A DNA stretch of 64,000 nucleotides from Vitrella brassicaformis CCMP3155 (lineage: Eukaryota > Protista > Chromerida), in the NCBI GenBank assembly GCA_001179505.1, contig CDMY01000451.1, forward strand, positions 1 through 64,000, read 5' to 3'. Positions 24,009 through 37,400 of this stretch are shown piece after piece. Position numbers and translations under genes: made by a program. The notes under the pieces are model-generated. The model saw nothing but the letters and a program-made list of their open reading frames with translations, made no database searches and was not told where the DNA came from. Position 1 is the stretch's first letter, and each line of letters begins with the position of its first letter.

Positions 24009-25689
24009 CCAAAGGGGGGAGGTGGGGGCAGGGGGCACTGCTTTCATTGCACATCTATGGTGTATCGTGTTTCTGAGATGATGTGTGTATTTTTGCATCG
24101 CATTCGCCGCTTGCTGATCTGATCCGAACACACGTGGGTATTTGTCAGTCAACGATTGTTTGTGTCACCCTTTACAGTGTGTGTGAGTGTGTGTGTGTGT
24201 GTGCGAATCCCGCCGCCGTGTTTTCATATTGATCGCATTATTGTCAATGAGTCTTTTTCACCCTTTACGCAGCTGCAGGGTCAAGGGTGCATGGCCGTCC
24301 CGTGGTAGAGGGGCTTGGCTGGCTGGGTTAGGCTGACTGATTCAAGGCACCAAGTCCGAGTGCGTCGGCTGGGCGGAAAGGCTGCGTGTGGGGGGCTGGT
24401 CTGTGTGCGTGTTCGCCGTGGTAGTCTCTCGCTGAACGGTTGCAGCATTCTTTTTCTCAGTTGTGTCGGTGTCACATCGCCGTAAGTGTTCCCTCCCTTC
24501 CACATGTAAGTGCTGTCTCGTGCGTAATGCGTCCATTTCATCACTATATATATGGCGCCCCCGAGTATGCTTGTGTGTTCTATCGTGTCTGTCTCCGATT
24601 GGCTCTGCTGACGTGTTGTCCGCGTGCGGCCGTTCACAGGCGGAGAAGCCGTCAGCCGAGTCGGTCCGAGGGCCACGAGAGAACAAGCCTAGTGGAAATG
24701 CGGATGGGTCAGCATGGGTCGTGTGTGTGTGTGTGTGTGATGTGTGTCTTGCGGACAGTCAGCCAATACCGTGATGTGGTGTGCTTGATGCGCGGGACAC
24801 TGGTCACAATGAGTCCACACACGAGTTCACATCATTGGAGACGTCCCTTTGATGCACACCTACGTAGCTGTCCATGGACAGTCCACTCGTCGAGGCACTC
24901 ACATTCGTCACACACATGGACGCCTCCCACCGGGAGACAGACACCAACAAGAAAAACAGTGAAGACAAGAATCATGCACTCTCCTGATGATCAAGAGAGG
25001 CCGCTGATCGCATAACGCACAGCGGCAAGCGGCAAGCGGCAACACACACTAATGACGCACCCATGCATTCCACGGACACCTCTTCTCGTGACTTGAGCAA
25101 AACGCGAGAAGAGCAGTCCCATAGAGAGATCAATCCATGTACACTTCCACCCAACTCACATCCACCTATTCACTCGACCGGCGCGCCCCTGGCGGCCTCG
25201 GCCGTCTTGACCCGGGGTGCAGCCAGGGAGAAACAGTCGGTCGTAGACGGCCCCACCCCCCCGAAGCACCACGCCGCTGCGCTTGGCCTCCTTGACCCGA
25301 TTGAGTTTCCGTCGTCAAGGGGTCGTGGCCGTCGAAGCAGCCGGTGGTCCACTGCTTGACGAGCGTGTGGCTGTCGGCCCTCTCGAGCAGCAGTGGTATG
25401 TTCGATGAGGGCGAACGAGAGAGGGGTCGGTGAGTGAGTGAGTGGCCGGTGAGGGAGGCTCGATGCACAGCTATGAGTGGCCAGCAAAGCACCGGTCACC
25501 AAATTCGCCTTCGCCCGGCAAGTGAATGCGCTTCCGCCATAGCTCATCGGGCACCAAATCAGATCATGAACACGGCCACTCCCTGCCAGACAGCACAAGG
25601 ACACATACGCGAGAAATGAGCACATGCATCCATGCGCGCCAGATCCAATCCGGTTCTGCACCTGAATGAAGGGATGGCACCTGTCTGTT

Positions 25690-26315
25690 ACGTCGCCGAC
25701 GTCGGCTCTTGTGCTGTACTGAGGTGACAGATCTGCAAGCACAGCGATGTTCCAGGCAAATCCATGCTTGCTTTCCCTGCCTCTTTCACTGTCATGCCAC
25801 CCTCCACCAACCCGCCTGTCTCATCGGGGTTGAGCGCACCATCTTGCTGTGTTCTGCAGCACCACTGCACACGATAGCTCGTCCGAATCCCTTAAAGTGG
25901 TCCACTGAGATGTTGAGCGGCAAACTCCAAACCGACAGGGCACTCAGAGGACGACCCATCCCCGGTGCTTGAATCTTCTTCTGACCGACGGACTGGGGCT
26001 GGGATCCTGGTCGACGGCAGCAACACACACTCGACAGGACGGCAGATGCTGGGAAGGACACACGCACCCGTCGAAGGCAGAGCCGTCGACGGCGCTGCCT
26101 TGCTGCTGCAGGCCAAGTCGAGCACATGAATAATGACAGATCTCGGTGCCATAGCTGCTGTTGACGGTATCGGGCGAATGGCATCGATATCGTCGAGGGC
26201 CGGGGAGGCTGACCGGGGCGAGAGGGGCGAGAGGAGGACATGCTGAGATCTCATCAGAAGATGAACGATAACATCTCAGCCGATAATGGCGCTTCTCACA
26301 GGCACCCTTCCATGC
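25690..26315. repeat. Cassette X: inverted homologue of 50605..51200
   Basis: Shared blocks, e.g. atggcatcgatatcgtcgagggccggggaggctgaccggggc (26178+) = reverse complement near 50777, and aacatctcagccgataatggcgc. Confidence 0.8.
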
Positions 26316-26706
26316 GGTCCCATCCGCCAAAGAGCGCCCTGTTCCCCCTCCATGGTCTTCTTTGAGCTCGCAGATCGAAGAGAGAAGGGAAAGGAGGGAG
26401 GGGAAGAAGGAGGGGCAGCCTTGTGCAGCATCGAGGGGCGGCTGAGGTTCTTTCTCTGCCTTCTACGCCTCAAGTCGATGAGTTGACTGAGCGGCATCGT
26501 CGCGTCTGTCCTTCCTGAGGTACGCCAGAAGGGACAGAAAGAAGGCCAATTCGCCATCGGTGCCGCCCTCATGTGCTCTGTGTGTTTGTGCGTCAGGGGG
26601 GGACCGTGAGCATCGCTTATCAGCTGCTGCCCCAGAGAAGGCCTTGGAGTTCTCATCGCAGCGGACGGCAGAGAGAGCAGCCGCTGAGTCAGATCTACAG
26701 CTAGCC

Positions 26707-29047
26707 ATGGAGGACTGTAGACAGGTGAGGCGACCACAGCACCGCCTGCAATCGATGGCGCATTTCAACCGACCATTGTCGATTGTGTGTTTGGTGTATG
26801 GGTGCAGGTTAAAAGGTCTCGCCCTGGGAGCGACGCACCGGCTGCTTCTTCATCGGCTGCAGCTGCAGCGGATGGTGGTTCTGCGAGTGCGAGTGATGAG
26901 GCGCGGCAGCGGCGGGAGGAGAGGGAACGGCGCATCTTCTGGGGGAATGCGCCTGTGAGCCAACCGCACGTACAAGGACATACACACTCTGATAGGTATT
27001 CACATCTCTTGCCTTTCCGTGTGCTGTGTGCAGCCCGAAATTCGGAGCTTCATCATGGCCTTCCCCTCCCCATCCATCTGCTGATCCTGCTGCCGCCTCT
27101 GACGTGGCAGCACGCCGCCCGCAAGCAGCACCACCTCACCATCAGCGCAGCAGACGAACACGAGCGGTCGTTTTGGCAGAGAGCCGCCATCGACCCAGCT
27201 ACATGATGGTCTTCCTGCCCATCCACCTGATGGTGCAGCTGGCCAAGTCCATCTGGCAGCACGCCGCACCCGAGCTCTCGGACGTCACCATCAGCTCGGC
27301 AACCAAGGAGGAGCGGCCCTTTTGGCAGCACGTCCGTCTCGCCTTCGTCGCCCAGCTGGCGGCCCGACTCACCCACCTCACAGCCATCACCCTCCGCTAC
27401 CCCACCGGCTTTACCGGTGTCTTCTGCTGGTGTTTCGACGTGTTTGTGGCCATCATCGAGGGCCACATTGCCGGCCGACGGGCAGCCAACATGCAAGGAG
27501 GGACCCTGCAGACCATCACCTTCAAAGAGGGGGTTCGGCTGACCGGTACGGCGAGCCAGAGCGTCTCGAGGACTCGTCCGCCCCTCCCCGCTCTGATCGA
27601 CCCGCCCCCGACTCTCCACGCACTCACGACTATTGGCGGCCTGACCTACCACCATGACGCGTTGGCCTACCGACGCTGGCTGGTGCCCTCACTCGCCACT
27701 GTGCGGCAGGAGGGTTGGCACGCCGGCAGATTGGGCCAGCTCATCAGCTCGTCCCGCTCCCTGCGGCGTGTGGACGGCAGCTCTGGGGGTGAGGAGTGGG
27801 CGGGGGTGTTTGAGGGGATCCTTGCGGCACCTGCTGGGCAGCAGGGGGGGCCACTTAGCAACTTGGGGAGCATCGGCACCATCGAGATCGACTGGACGAC
27901 CATCGGGCGGCGCGGGAGGGCATAGATCGGCTTCAGGTGAACGCAAAAGACGCACGTGTGCAGCAGGGCGTGGGGGTTGGCTCATGATGTCCTTCCTGTG
28001 TGTGTATTCTTGCCTTCAGGAAGTGCTCGTTGCGCGTGGCTGCCGACAGTCACTCAAGCAGCTGCACGTGCGCTTTGGTTCCTTCTACCGCATCGACCGC
28101 CACACCTTTCCCGTCTTGCTGGCCCTGGACCGGCTGGTCGGCGCGTGCTGCCGACAGGACGCCCCACTCACCTTTGAGTCCCCAGACGCCATATTTGACC
28201 TCGCCATCTTCTACCACACCGAATTCCCCACCGACCCGTCACCCTCATTTAAGACCATGATCCAACAGCTGGCCCAGCAGGCCACATCGGTGGAGTACCT
28301 CTTCACTCAGGACGGCCTCGCCGACCCGCACACCGACCCGAGCCAACCGGCCATCGACATTGCGTCCAGCCTCTCATTCGACGAGGCCGTGTGGGTTGAG
28401 GTCAGGGATGCCCTCGGCTTCCATCCCCCGGCCAACACCCCATCGCCCCGTCCCACCATCATCACCCACCTCAAGCCATTCCCGAAAGCCTCACAGCTGG
28501 TCGTCGCGAGCGGATTGGGTGGTGCTGTTGGCGAGCTGCTGGCCGCCAAGATGCCCAAGGAGGTGCGGGGGGTGGACGTCGAAAGGGGGTTGGGTGGTGA
28601 GGAGAAGGTGGGTGTGTTGACGGCGCTGGGGAGGGAGAGGGAGGTGGATACGGTGGTGATGGGGGAGGTCGGGGTCGACCAGCTGGTGGGGGCGGCCGAC
28701 AGCTTGCCGACTATCAAACGACTACAATTCAACATCACACGTACGCCGGGAGAGGATGGCAGTGTGTCCTTCCGTTCTCATCTCTCCCGTGTGTGTGTTC
28801 CCCTTCAGTGCCCGATGATGTGGAGGACACGGGCAGCTTCGTCCGCACCCGCCTCTCGTCGGTCATCCCGCACATCAGGGGCCTCCAGGGCGTCACGCTG
28901 CGGGTCCAAAAGACGACAGCTGAGCAGCATGATTCCATCACCGCGTCCCTCCCTGTGGGCGTCAACATCGGTGCCTTCTGCGTCTCAATCAGAAACGTGC
29001 ACCGCGGGAGGGACTTCACGAGCATTCATCTAGTCCTCAATGCCTAA
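26707..29047 (+). pseudogene. Lineage-specific multicopy family Y, copy A (disrupted)
   Basis: Exon-for-exon homologue of 52046..54193. It has a +2 indel at about 27065, a tandemly duplicated N-terminal MxFLPIHL…WQHAA…ER.FWQ module, and a -1 indel at about 27896. Confidence 0.75.
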
Positions 29048-29920
29048 AGGTGAGTGAACGGCGTTCATTCAAACGAAGGTCGGTCTGATTGTGTGACCAT
29101 CTTCACGTCTGTCTGTGTGTGCAGGGTGGTGGTGGTCGTGTCTGTCAGGCCGACCATTGTGTGTGGTGGATCATTCGCAGCGGAGGGGCAGTGGGACCCT
29201 TCTTAGCTGACGACATTCACTGGCTGCATAGCATAGCTGCGATGTGTGTGTGTGTGTGTGTGTATGTGTGGGTGCATGGCTGTACAGATTGCCGGACGGG
29301 AACCGCCTGATGCGGGCGTGGGAGTGAGCACATCACACACAGACTCCTGCTGTGTGTGGTGGTGCTGCATGATGGATGCGTCGATGGTATATCTCGCTCG
29401 TCTGTCTGTCTGTTTGTCTCTTGGCATTTGCTCGTATCAGTGTGCCTGCTTGCCTGCCTGCCTGTCTGCCTCGCTCGATCCTTTGTGCCGTCTGGCCCCT
29501 TCCTCTCCTCAGTCCCCCTTAGTGGCAGACAGCAGCGGCAGAGGGGAGATGGACGAGCACAGGAAGGCAAGGCACACACACGGTGGGCAGATTCAAGTGT
29601 GAGGGCGGTAGCCGCCGATTGGGGACCCGCGCACACACAAACAGACAGACAGACAGCCACACAAACAGACAGACAGCCACACAAACAGACAGACAGAGAG
29701 ACAATCAGACAGACGGAGAGACAAATGGATGTCTTTGCTCGCCATGAATGAGAGAGACGGTGCGCCTGTCCGTTGGTTGGGCGTGTTGCACTTTTGTGTT
29801 TGCGATGGACGGAATGCCCGGCTGTTGTCAGAAGTGAAGAGCCTTCGCTGATCGCATCCGCCCAGAACGAACACGCCGACATCACACGGCGTCTTCCTGT
29901 CTATCTCTTCTGACGCGCTC

Positions 29921-30038
29921 GCTAGATGAGAGACATCAGAGCTTTGCAATGGTTTGCAATGAACCGTTGCTTCAACAGGCGAATGGTCTCGTTTGTCTGT
30001 CATCGATATGCAAAGGCATCATCATGCAACGCACCCCA
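29921..30038. repeat. About 118-bp direct repeat, second copy at 35273..35391
   Basis: gctagatgagagacatcag…catcatcatgcaacgcacccca is present twice with few substitutions. Confidence 0.9.
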
Positions 30039-30540
30039 ACCAACCTGCGGGCCGTGTGAATGTGTGTGCGTGTATGTGGATGACTTTGAGGGGGGCTGAC
30101 ATGTCACACACACACATCGTGCGCCGCATGGCCGGTGACCCACTCGCCCACGATCCTGCAGGTACAGAGAGAGAGATCAGAAACACCAGGAGAAGCGCAA
30201 TCATTATGCCGAGGGCGCGGTGTGTTTTGCTGTGGACCTGCATGTCGAAGATGCATGTGCCGCCTCTCTCAGGGCCGGTCCAGCCGGTGCAGGTCATTGG
30301 CAGGGAGAAAACTCCGAAGCGCATGAATGCTCATCGTTTGACGGCCAGTTTCCGAAAGAAGTTCGGCGCGGCAGCCTTTGCATCAAGAAATGAAGGTCAC
30401 ACAACGACACGCATCCATGTCTCTACCTATCCCTCCCCCCATCTCCCCTTCCTCTGGACAGCTCCCAGATCGTTTGCTGCCGGACACACGCCACATAGCA
30501 ATCATTGCCACCGCACAAAAACCCAACCAATACGAGTCAG

Positions 30541-32061
30541 TCATGGCACTGGGCCGAGCGTCGCATCTTCGAGCCCGAATCGCCTCAGCAGCTGCCGCAC
30601 ACGAGCCATGGTGACAGGGAACCGCTCCCCATTAGTCACCCCACCGGCCACCTCTACCTCGCTCGTCCTGACCACAATTTGCAAGTCGATAAGACCTCCC
30701 AGGTGTACGGAGGCCACCAAACCACCAGCCAGTAGTAGCACCACAACACGTCTGGGCTCGTACGAAACTGGCTGCCTTGGCGGCTTCTCCTCTGACTCTC
30801 GCATGTCGATGACGACAATGTCAGGCTCGCAGGTGAAGGAATCGCTCAGGACTAGCGCTGCGTAGTGTCGGAAAGCACGACAGCTCGTCCTGACTTTGAG
30901 GGTGATCTTCCTGGCGCGATTGACATGGTTGAGTCCCAGCAGCTTGTCAAGGGCAAAGGCGCTGAATGAACGGTAGACGCGATCGGTCCATTTGGATGAG
31001 AGTGGGAAGCGGCCCCCGCTGTTGACTGGCGGGTCACTGGGGCAATAGATAAGCCGGCCGAGAATAAGCCGCCACAGCTCGTTCCTCTCGACGATGCGGA
31101 ACTGCCTCTCGCCGATGGCATACCACTGCACTAGCCTGCTCCTTGCGTGCAGCAAGAAGACCATGAGCGACACATAGAGGAGGCAGGCCGTAAGGATCAC
31201 GCCCGCGTCCGCGTAGATGCAGGTAAGGCCGGCACCAATCCACCGCAAGGCAAGCAAGTTGTCATGCGGAGCCTTGAGGATGTCATCAAGATAGAAAGAC
31301 AGCGTAAGGCGCACGAGTAACCAGACCCACAGCAGCACATAGATCACGTAGACGGCTGCCGTCAGGAGTCGCTGCAGCAGGCTGGTGGGGATAACAAAGA
31401 CATCGGTCTTCCGTCTGCAGCCCTCGGTCAGCTGCAGTTGCAGCTGTTGACTGCTAGCCCCACTGCAGAGCAGACCGCCAAATGTCGTGTAGACGGCCAT
31501 GGCAGCGGGCAGCCGATGGAAAGTCGCCTTGTCGGGCACATGAGCCGCCACACTCTCAGCCGACAGCACCATAGGCAGCTGGCCAGCCGCACCCCAGGCA
31601 CTCGCCACCCTGATAAATGTGGCCATCATGCGCCACTCAGCCGCCCGCTCGATGACATAGGCACAGCGAGCGAGATATCCAAATCGCGAGAGGGATGGTG
31701 GCAGGACAGGAGCCGACGGGTCGACGCCGCGGTCCCTCTCCACATCGATAAGGCCGGTGAGCTGCTGCTGGGCCAGGCAGCTGTTGATGCGACCGAGAAG
31801 GAACGCTTCATCGATCAGCCGAGCGCCGTAAGCCTTGCCGACCGCCCGGAGCCTCACGGCATCGTCGACAGGCAGTAGAGGGATGACCACACGGGCGAAG
31901 ACGTCAGCAGGAAGCCCTTGGTCAGCTCCAGCACTACCGATGGCGACCGATAGCTCAGTGGTGGAATCATCCTCCTCAGTGGATGTCGACAGCAACTGAC
32001 GATGGTCGGCCACTCGCCGATAAGAGAAACGAGACGTCCACCACCGCAGCAGCCAAATCAT
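30541..32061 (-). CDS. Intronless 506-aa lineage-specific protein with F-box-like N-terminus and hydrophobic insert
   Basis: Long uninterrupted ORF; LPADVFARVVIPLLPVDDAVRLRAV resembles an F-box; two to three hydrophobic stretches mid-protein. Confidence 0.75.
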   Translation of the reverse strand: MIWLLRWWTSRFSYRRVADHRQLLSTSTEEDDSTTELSVAIGSAGADQGLPADVFARVVIPLLPVDDAVRLRAVGKAYGARLIDEAFLLGRINSCLAQQQLTGLIDVERDRGVDPSAPVLPPSLSRFGYLARCAYVIERAAEWRMMATFIRVASAWGAAGQLPMVLSAESVAAHVPDKATFHRLPAAMAVYTTFGGLLCSGASSQQLQLQLTEGCRRKTDVFVIPTSLLQRLLTAAVYVIYVLLWVWLLVRLTLSFYLDDILKAPHDNLLALRWIGAGLTCIYADAGVILTACLLYVSLMVFLLHARSRLVQWYAIGERQFRIVERNELWRLILGRLIYCPSDPPVNSGGRFPLSSKWTDRVYRSFSAFALDKLLGLNHVNRARKITLKVRTSCRAFRHYAALVLSDSFTCEPDIVVIDMRESEEKPPRQPVSYEPRRVVVLLLAGGLVASVHLGGLIDLQIVVRTSEVEVAGGVTNGERFPVTMARVRQLLRRFGLEDATLGPVP

Positions 32062-32383
32062 TATTTGTCAGCTGTCGGTGAGGGAGGGACACAGAGACCT
32101 CAGCAAGCAGCAGAAGCTGAGAAGCTTCCATGCTGTGTACCTGTTCGGCTCTCTCGATGATAGGGCTCGTGTGCGTGTGATGCTCTCTATGCTCTGTTGA
32201 CCTTCTTCGCTCAGCTGGGGCTCACACAGACTTCCCTCATCGCAGCTGCGCCTGACAGGACATGAACAGACATCGCATGTTTTGGAAGATCCCACACACG
32301 TGTGCATTCATGGTTCCTTTGCTCCCATTTCCGACCCCTCCTCACCTCCAGAAACGCCATTCGGCTCCATCTCTGGCGATCGC

Positions 32384-32393
32384 AAAGCTCGCA
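32384..32393 (+). promoter_or_regulatory. AAAGCTCGCA motif between divergent genes (32061-/32674+)
   Basis: Same 9-mer. Confidence 0.5.
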
Positions 32394-32673
32394 GCAGCGG
32401 GCATAACGCGGCTCTGCTGGGCTTTTCCTCTTCCCATTCATCGCAATGGACAGCCTCACAGAGCGAACGGGAAAAAAGCTTCGTGGTCCGTCGAGAATCA
32501 GAGACGGGGAATGATGATAAGTTTTAACGCCAAGCCATGATAAGCTTTTTTCCGACGGATCCGATTCTTGCGCTTACCACCCTTCTCCCCGCGCTTTCCG
32601 TTCCCCGCTCACTCCTGTTCTTCTCGCCTCTCTACCGGCCGCAACGTCGCCGACAGCCCGCTATGATTAATCA

Positions 32674-34481
32674 ATGGAGCAGACCACCCTTGCCGAGCAG
32701 TCACAGCAGCCAGAAGAGCCCACCACCGAGGAGCAGTCACAGCAAGAGCAGCAACAGGCGGGGCGGCGGGGCGGCGGGGAGGCGTCGAGTGCGGACCGAC
32801 CTGACATGACGAATGGCTCGCACAGCCAGTCGCTCCCTGCCGGCCGGCCGTACCGGCCGATGCCCCATGACCGGACGTTCGGGGATTTCATGAAGGCGGC
32901 GAGGCGAGGCGGTACATGCAATCAGCAGAGAAAGGAAATGAGGCTGAAGCGCCGGGAGGAGGAGCAGGAGAGGAGGGCGGCGGCAGCAGCTGCTGCAAGT
33001 GCGGAGGACGCCGCCGAGGTGAGAGGAGTCACCGCTTCACTATCGATTACCTTCCTGCCCATCCACTCCCGTACATGCCTCGTGTCTTGGTTGTCTGTAT
33101 CTGTCTGTCTGTCTGTCTGTCTGTCTGTGTCTCATATGTATCTCAGGAGCCCCCCGCTCGTGGCGAGGAGGGTGAAGTTGAAGATGCGCAGTCGCAGAAC
33201 GGCGTCACCGAGGAGGCAGCAGCACGGGCCGACGAGCAGGCAGGAGAGGGAGAGGGAGAGGAAGATGGAGAGAGGACGGCCGAGTCGCGAGGAGAGGCTG
33301 AGGGCGAGGGCGAGGGTGAGGCTGCCGAGGACATCACCTCCCCGCTCGACGACAGCACCGGCATCTCCGCACCGGCGGCTGCTGGCGACATCTCCCACTT
33401 CCCTGCGCCCACCGTCCAGCCCTCCAAGTCGTCCACGGTGCCCCCGCCCGCCCCTGCTGCTCCCACCCCTCCGGCCGCTCCCCTCTCGCCACCCCCAGTG
33501 CGCGCCAAGGAGGATGAGACGGGCGGTCCACCCCTACCAGCATCTTCTGCCTCTCAGCCTGACGACACTCGACAGCCTGACGGGCCCGTGACCCCCAACA
33601 CCGACAGAGATGCAGCCCACCAGCCCCCTCACCACCACCAGCACCACCACCGAGGTTCGCCACCCCCACGACGAGGCCGAGGGGGCCGCCCACCGCCCGG
33701 CTCTCACTGGCGGCCTGTGCGCGAGGGAGGAGACGACAGCCCCCGACAAGCCGACCGGGAGGAGCCCAGCAGCGGCGGCTACGGGCATGTCAAGCGAGGG
33801 ACGGGGCGGGGCGGCGGGGAGGCGTCGAGTGCGGACCGACCTGACATGACGAATGGCTCGCACAGCCAGTCGCTCCCTGCCGGCCGGCCGTACCGGCCGA
33901 TGCCCCATGACCGGACGTTCGGGGATTTCATGAAGGCGGCGAGGCGAGGCGGTACATGCAATCAGCAGAGAAAGGAAATGAGGCTGAAGCGCCGGGAGGA
34001 GGAGCAGGAGAGGAGGGCGGCGGCAGCAGCTGCTGCAAGTGCGGAGGACGCCGCCGAGGTGAGAGGAGTCACCGCTTCACTATCGATTACCTTCCTGCCC
34101 ATCCACTCCCGTACATGCCTCGTGTCTTGGTTGTCTGTATCTGCTCTGCGTCTCATATCTCAGGAGCCCCAGGGCAGCACCGCCCAGTCGCAGCACGGCG
34201 TCACCGCACCAACCATGACGCAGATGCCCACCGAGAAGGCCGCTCCCCTCTCGCCACCGGCAGTGCAGGCCAAGGACACCAACACCACGCAGGAGGGGGC
34301 AGTGGTGGTGGACGGCAAGGGTGGGGCTGCCGCACCGGCGGCTGCTGGTGCACTGGCTGGGCCGTGGTGGGGTGCGTTGGGGAGGGTGGTGGAGTGGTTC
34401 TTCCCTGCACCGGTGCCCTCCCCATCCAATGATATGTTGACATATGAATGGATGGGTGCACGTGTGCGTGGCCGTAAATGA
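32674..34481 (+). CDS. Low-complexity (Glu/Pro/Ala-rich) protein with internal duplication, 3 exons
   Basis: Exons 32674-33018, 33147-34058 and 34164-34481, all phase 0 (gag|gtgag…ctcag|gag). Confidence 0.6.
32767..33103 (+). repeat. Exact 337-bp duplication (copy 2 at 33807..34143)
   Basis: Identical sequence at an offset of 1040, spanning the exon end, donor site and most of the intron. Confidence 0.95.
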
Positions 34482-37400
34482 GTAAGTGGTGTGCCCGGTG
34501 CCACTGTGCCGTTCATGGAAAGGGATTCATGTATGTGATTTGTGATGTAATGTGATGTGATGTGATGTGTGTGCGGTGTCGTGTGCTTTGTGCTTTGTGC
34601 GACTGCCTGCCTGACTGCTCGCCTGCCTGCCTGTCTGTCCTTACTGTCTGGCTGTTTCAATGTTGAATGGATGGATGGACAGGGAGAGGGAGGGAGGGAG
34701 GGAGGGAGAGAGTCATCTCTGCCTACATTTTATATCTGACGGCAGTTCAATGACTGGTTGGAGACATACATGCAGAGACCTTCCCGATGAGGGGCAAGCA
34801 TTCACACCGATAACCATGGATGCGATGTCCATATACAGTCGCCATGTGCAAAAGGGCCCACACACATCCATCCATCCACCCGTCCGTCAGCAAACACGTC
34901 ACTGCAGACCCTCTGTACATGAATTTGTCGCACTCCCACTGTTGCCCTCCAACAACAGCACTATTGCCCGCCGGAGAAAGGGGGTGCACGTGGTGGGGAG
35001 GGGGCGATCGTCATAGAAAGAGGTTATGGTGGGTTTGTGAGTGTCAGTGGTCAGTTTGCGGTTGTGTGTGTAGTGTGTGCCTTTTCAATCTGCCTTCCTG
35101 CCTGCCTGCCTGCCTGGGTGTCGGCCTGGATGGCAGACACACACACACACACACAGCTAGGGAGCCGCTGCAGCGCGTGTGTCATCTCTATTCTACTTTG
35201 CTGCCTACGTGCAGGATGGATTGCCTGGCCGAGGCGTATGGATGGACGGTGGCCGAGTGTGGCAGAATGAGAGCTAGATGAGAGACATCAGGGCTTTGCA
35301 ATGGTTTGCAACGAACCTTTGCTTCAACAGGCGAATGGCCTCGTTTGTCTGTCATCGATGGGCAAAGGCATCATCATGCAACGCACCCCAATCAACCGAT
35401 CAAGCCACTAATGCCACACGCCAGACGCACACTGGATGGATGGACAGACTGCATGCTAAAAAGTTATGTTCCTTCTGTCTCTCCCCCTCCCTCTCCCATG
35501 TGCAACGACGCAGCAGACGTACGAGCGGACGGATGGAGGGTGGGTGGGTGTGATGTGTGATGTGGCACGTGTGCGGCTGACTGACTAAAGGAAGAGTCAG
35601 AGGGAAGGCAGACAGACTGCAGAGTGGAGTGAATGGGAAAAAGGGTGGGTGCGTGGGTGGGTGGATGGATGGACTTCCGCATCGCCACACCACACCACAC
35701 CACACCAAACGCCCTCACAACACGTGTTGGTAATCTCGCCCCCACACACATGTATGTCGAAAGCCTTCCTCCCCAAAGCACCCATCCTTCCCTTGTGTGT
35801 GTGTGTCGGTGGTTGTGAGGCGCATCACAACACGACAAACCAGATGAGCCCCTTCTCAGCACCTTGGATGTGCAGTTAAGTGCGTCATCCGGGCGGCCAT
35901 GGTATGATGCGCCTCAGCAACATACGACGGCAACAGAGAGGATCAACCAACCAGACAAACCGAAAAGCGGCATCATTGTACAACACCAGCCTTGTCTTTG
36001 TCCTTCGCATGTGCTGTCTTGATTCCGTTCGTTCTGCCTTCCTGTCTCTGCTGCCCGTTGCATTGCATTCCGTAGCACAATGGTGGCCATCAGCAGACTC
36101 GATGTGCGAGGCTGCCTGTGGCTCAGCATTGAGCCACACAATGAAGAACGCACAGCAGTGTGGGAAAGGCAAGGCAACACAGCAGACCATCTCACCCCCC
36201 CTCCACGTGTGAGTGAGTGTGTCCGTATCCTTGCTATCAACATCCACACATGCGACGAAGGAACGGCGGTCTGCGGCCTCTCGTCAAGAGACCCGACAGC
36301 CCGGCAACGGTCCGGCGACCAAGTGGCCGACCGCGCCCACCATAACACACGCTCACTCCCAATGCCCACTGTGAGAATCAAAAGCGAGGCGGGTGTTTTT
36401 GGGTCAGTAAGGGTGAGTAGTCAGGCGGCCTCTCTCTGTTTTGTGCTGTGTGTTGTGCGTTGGCTCCTTCCTTGCTGATGTCTCATGTGGTCTTCCGTCC
36501 ATCAATCAGCTGTGTTTGGGTGTCAGGCAGGCAAGTAGTAGTAGAGAGGAATAGAATGGAAGAGTAGAGTAGAGAGTGGGCTCCAGAACTGCTGTAGTTC
36601 TGGAGTAGTAGTAGGAGGGAGGTCAGAACTGCTGTTAGTTAAAAGAGGTCTTTTTTCATGGTCATAGCGTCCATCCATCCATCCATCCATCTGTCGGTCC
36701 GTCACGCACTGATGTGCGACGGACGCTCACCCACACATAGATAGACACACAGGTAGCTACGGCGTGAAAAACAGACCAGCAAGAGAACCCTACACACAGA
36801 CACGGACACACGCCAATCAACCAACCATGCCAGACAGACAAAAGGTGAGTGCGTCCAAATATGGATCGAATCGACAGTGGTGGCTTGGCTTGCCCTGCCC
36901 TGCCCCCTCTCTCCTCTCCAGTGGTGGTAGCCCACGGGTTAACCGACACTCTCGATGCAGTCATGCAGCATAACACATGAACCAGCAAGTGCCGCCCGGG
37001 CAAGCACTGTGCGACCGCCTCACCACCACCACCACCCAAGCACCCACAGCACCCTCAACACCCTCAAGACACACACACACACACACGCACGCACACGCGC
37101 ACGACATCCACCCACACGCACACGAAGACATCACAGAGTTAACTCCCTCGCCATTTCCCTGCCGCCCTTTCCTACACCACACGAGCGGCGCTTAGCAGAT
37201 TAGTCTACACGCGCACGCCCGTCACGCACACACGCACATCGGGGCATTCACGCAGCAAAAGGGCAAAGAGCGGGATATAGCCAGGAACAACGCGAGAGAG
37301 CGGTTCAAACGAAAAATACGTCGCGCAAGCGCAACGTATCGACAACAGGGGCAGTGGGCTAGGCAGGCAGCGACCAGCCGATTGGCTGTCGGCTGCTCGC

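Noticed and set aside
25170-25742. Small minus-strand gene downstream of cassette X
   Set aside because: Splice-like sites exist, but I could not build a consistent frame or recognise a domain.
29921-35391. LTR retroelement bounded by the 118-bp direct repeats
   Set aside because: No TG…CA termini, PBS/PPT, or gag/pol motifs.
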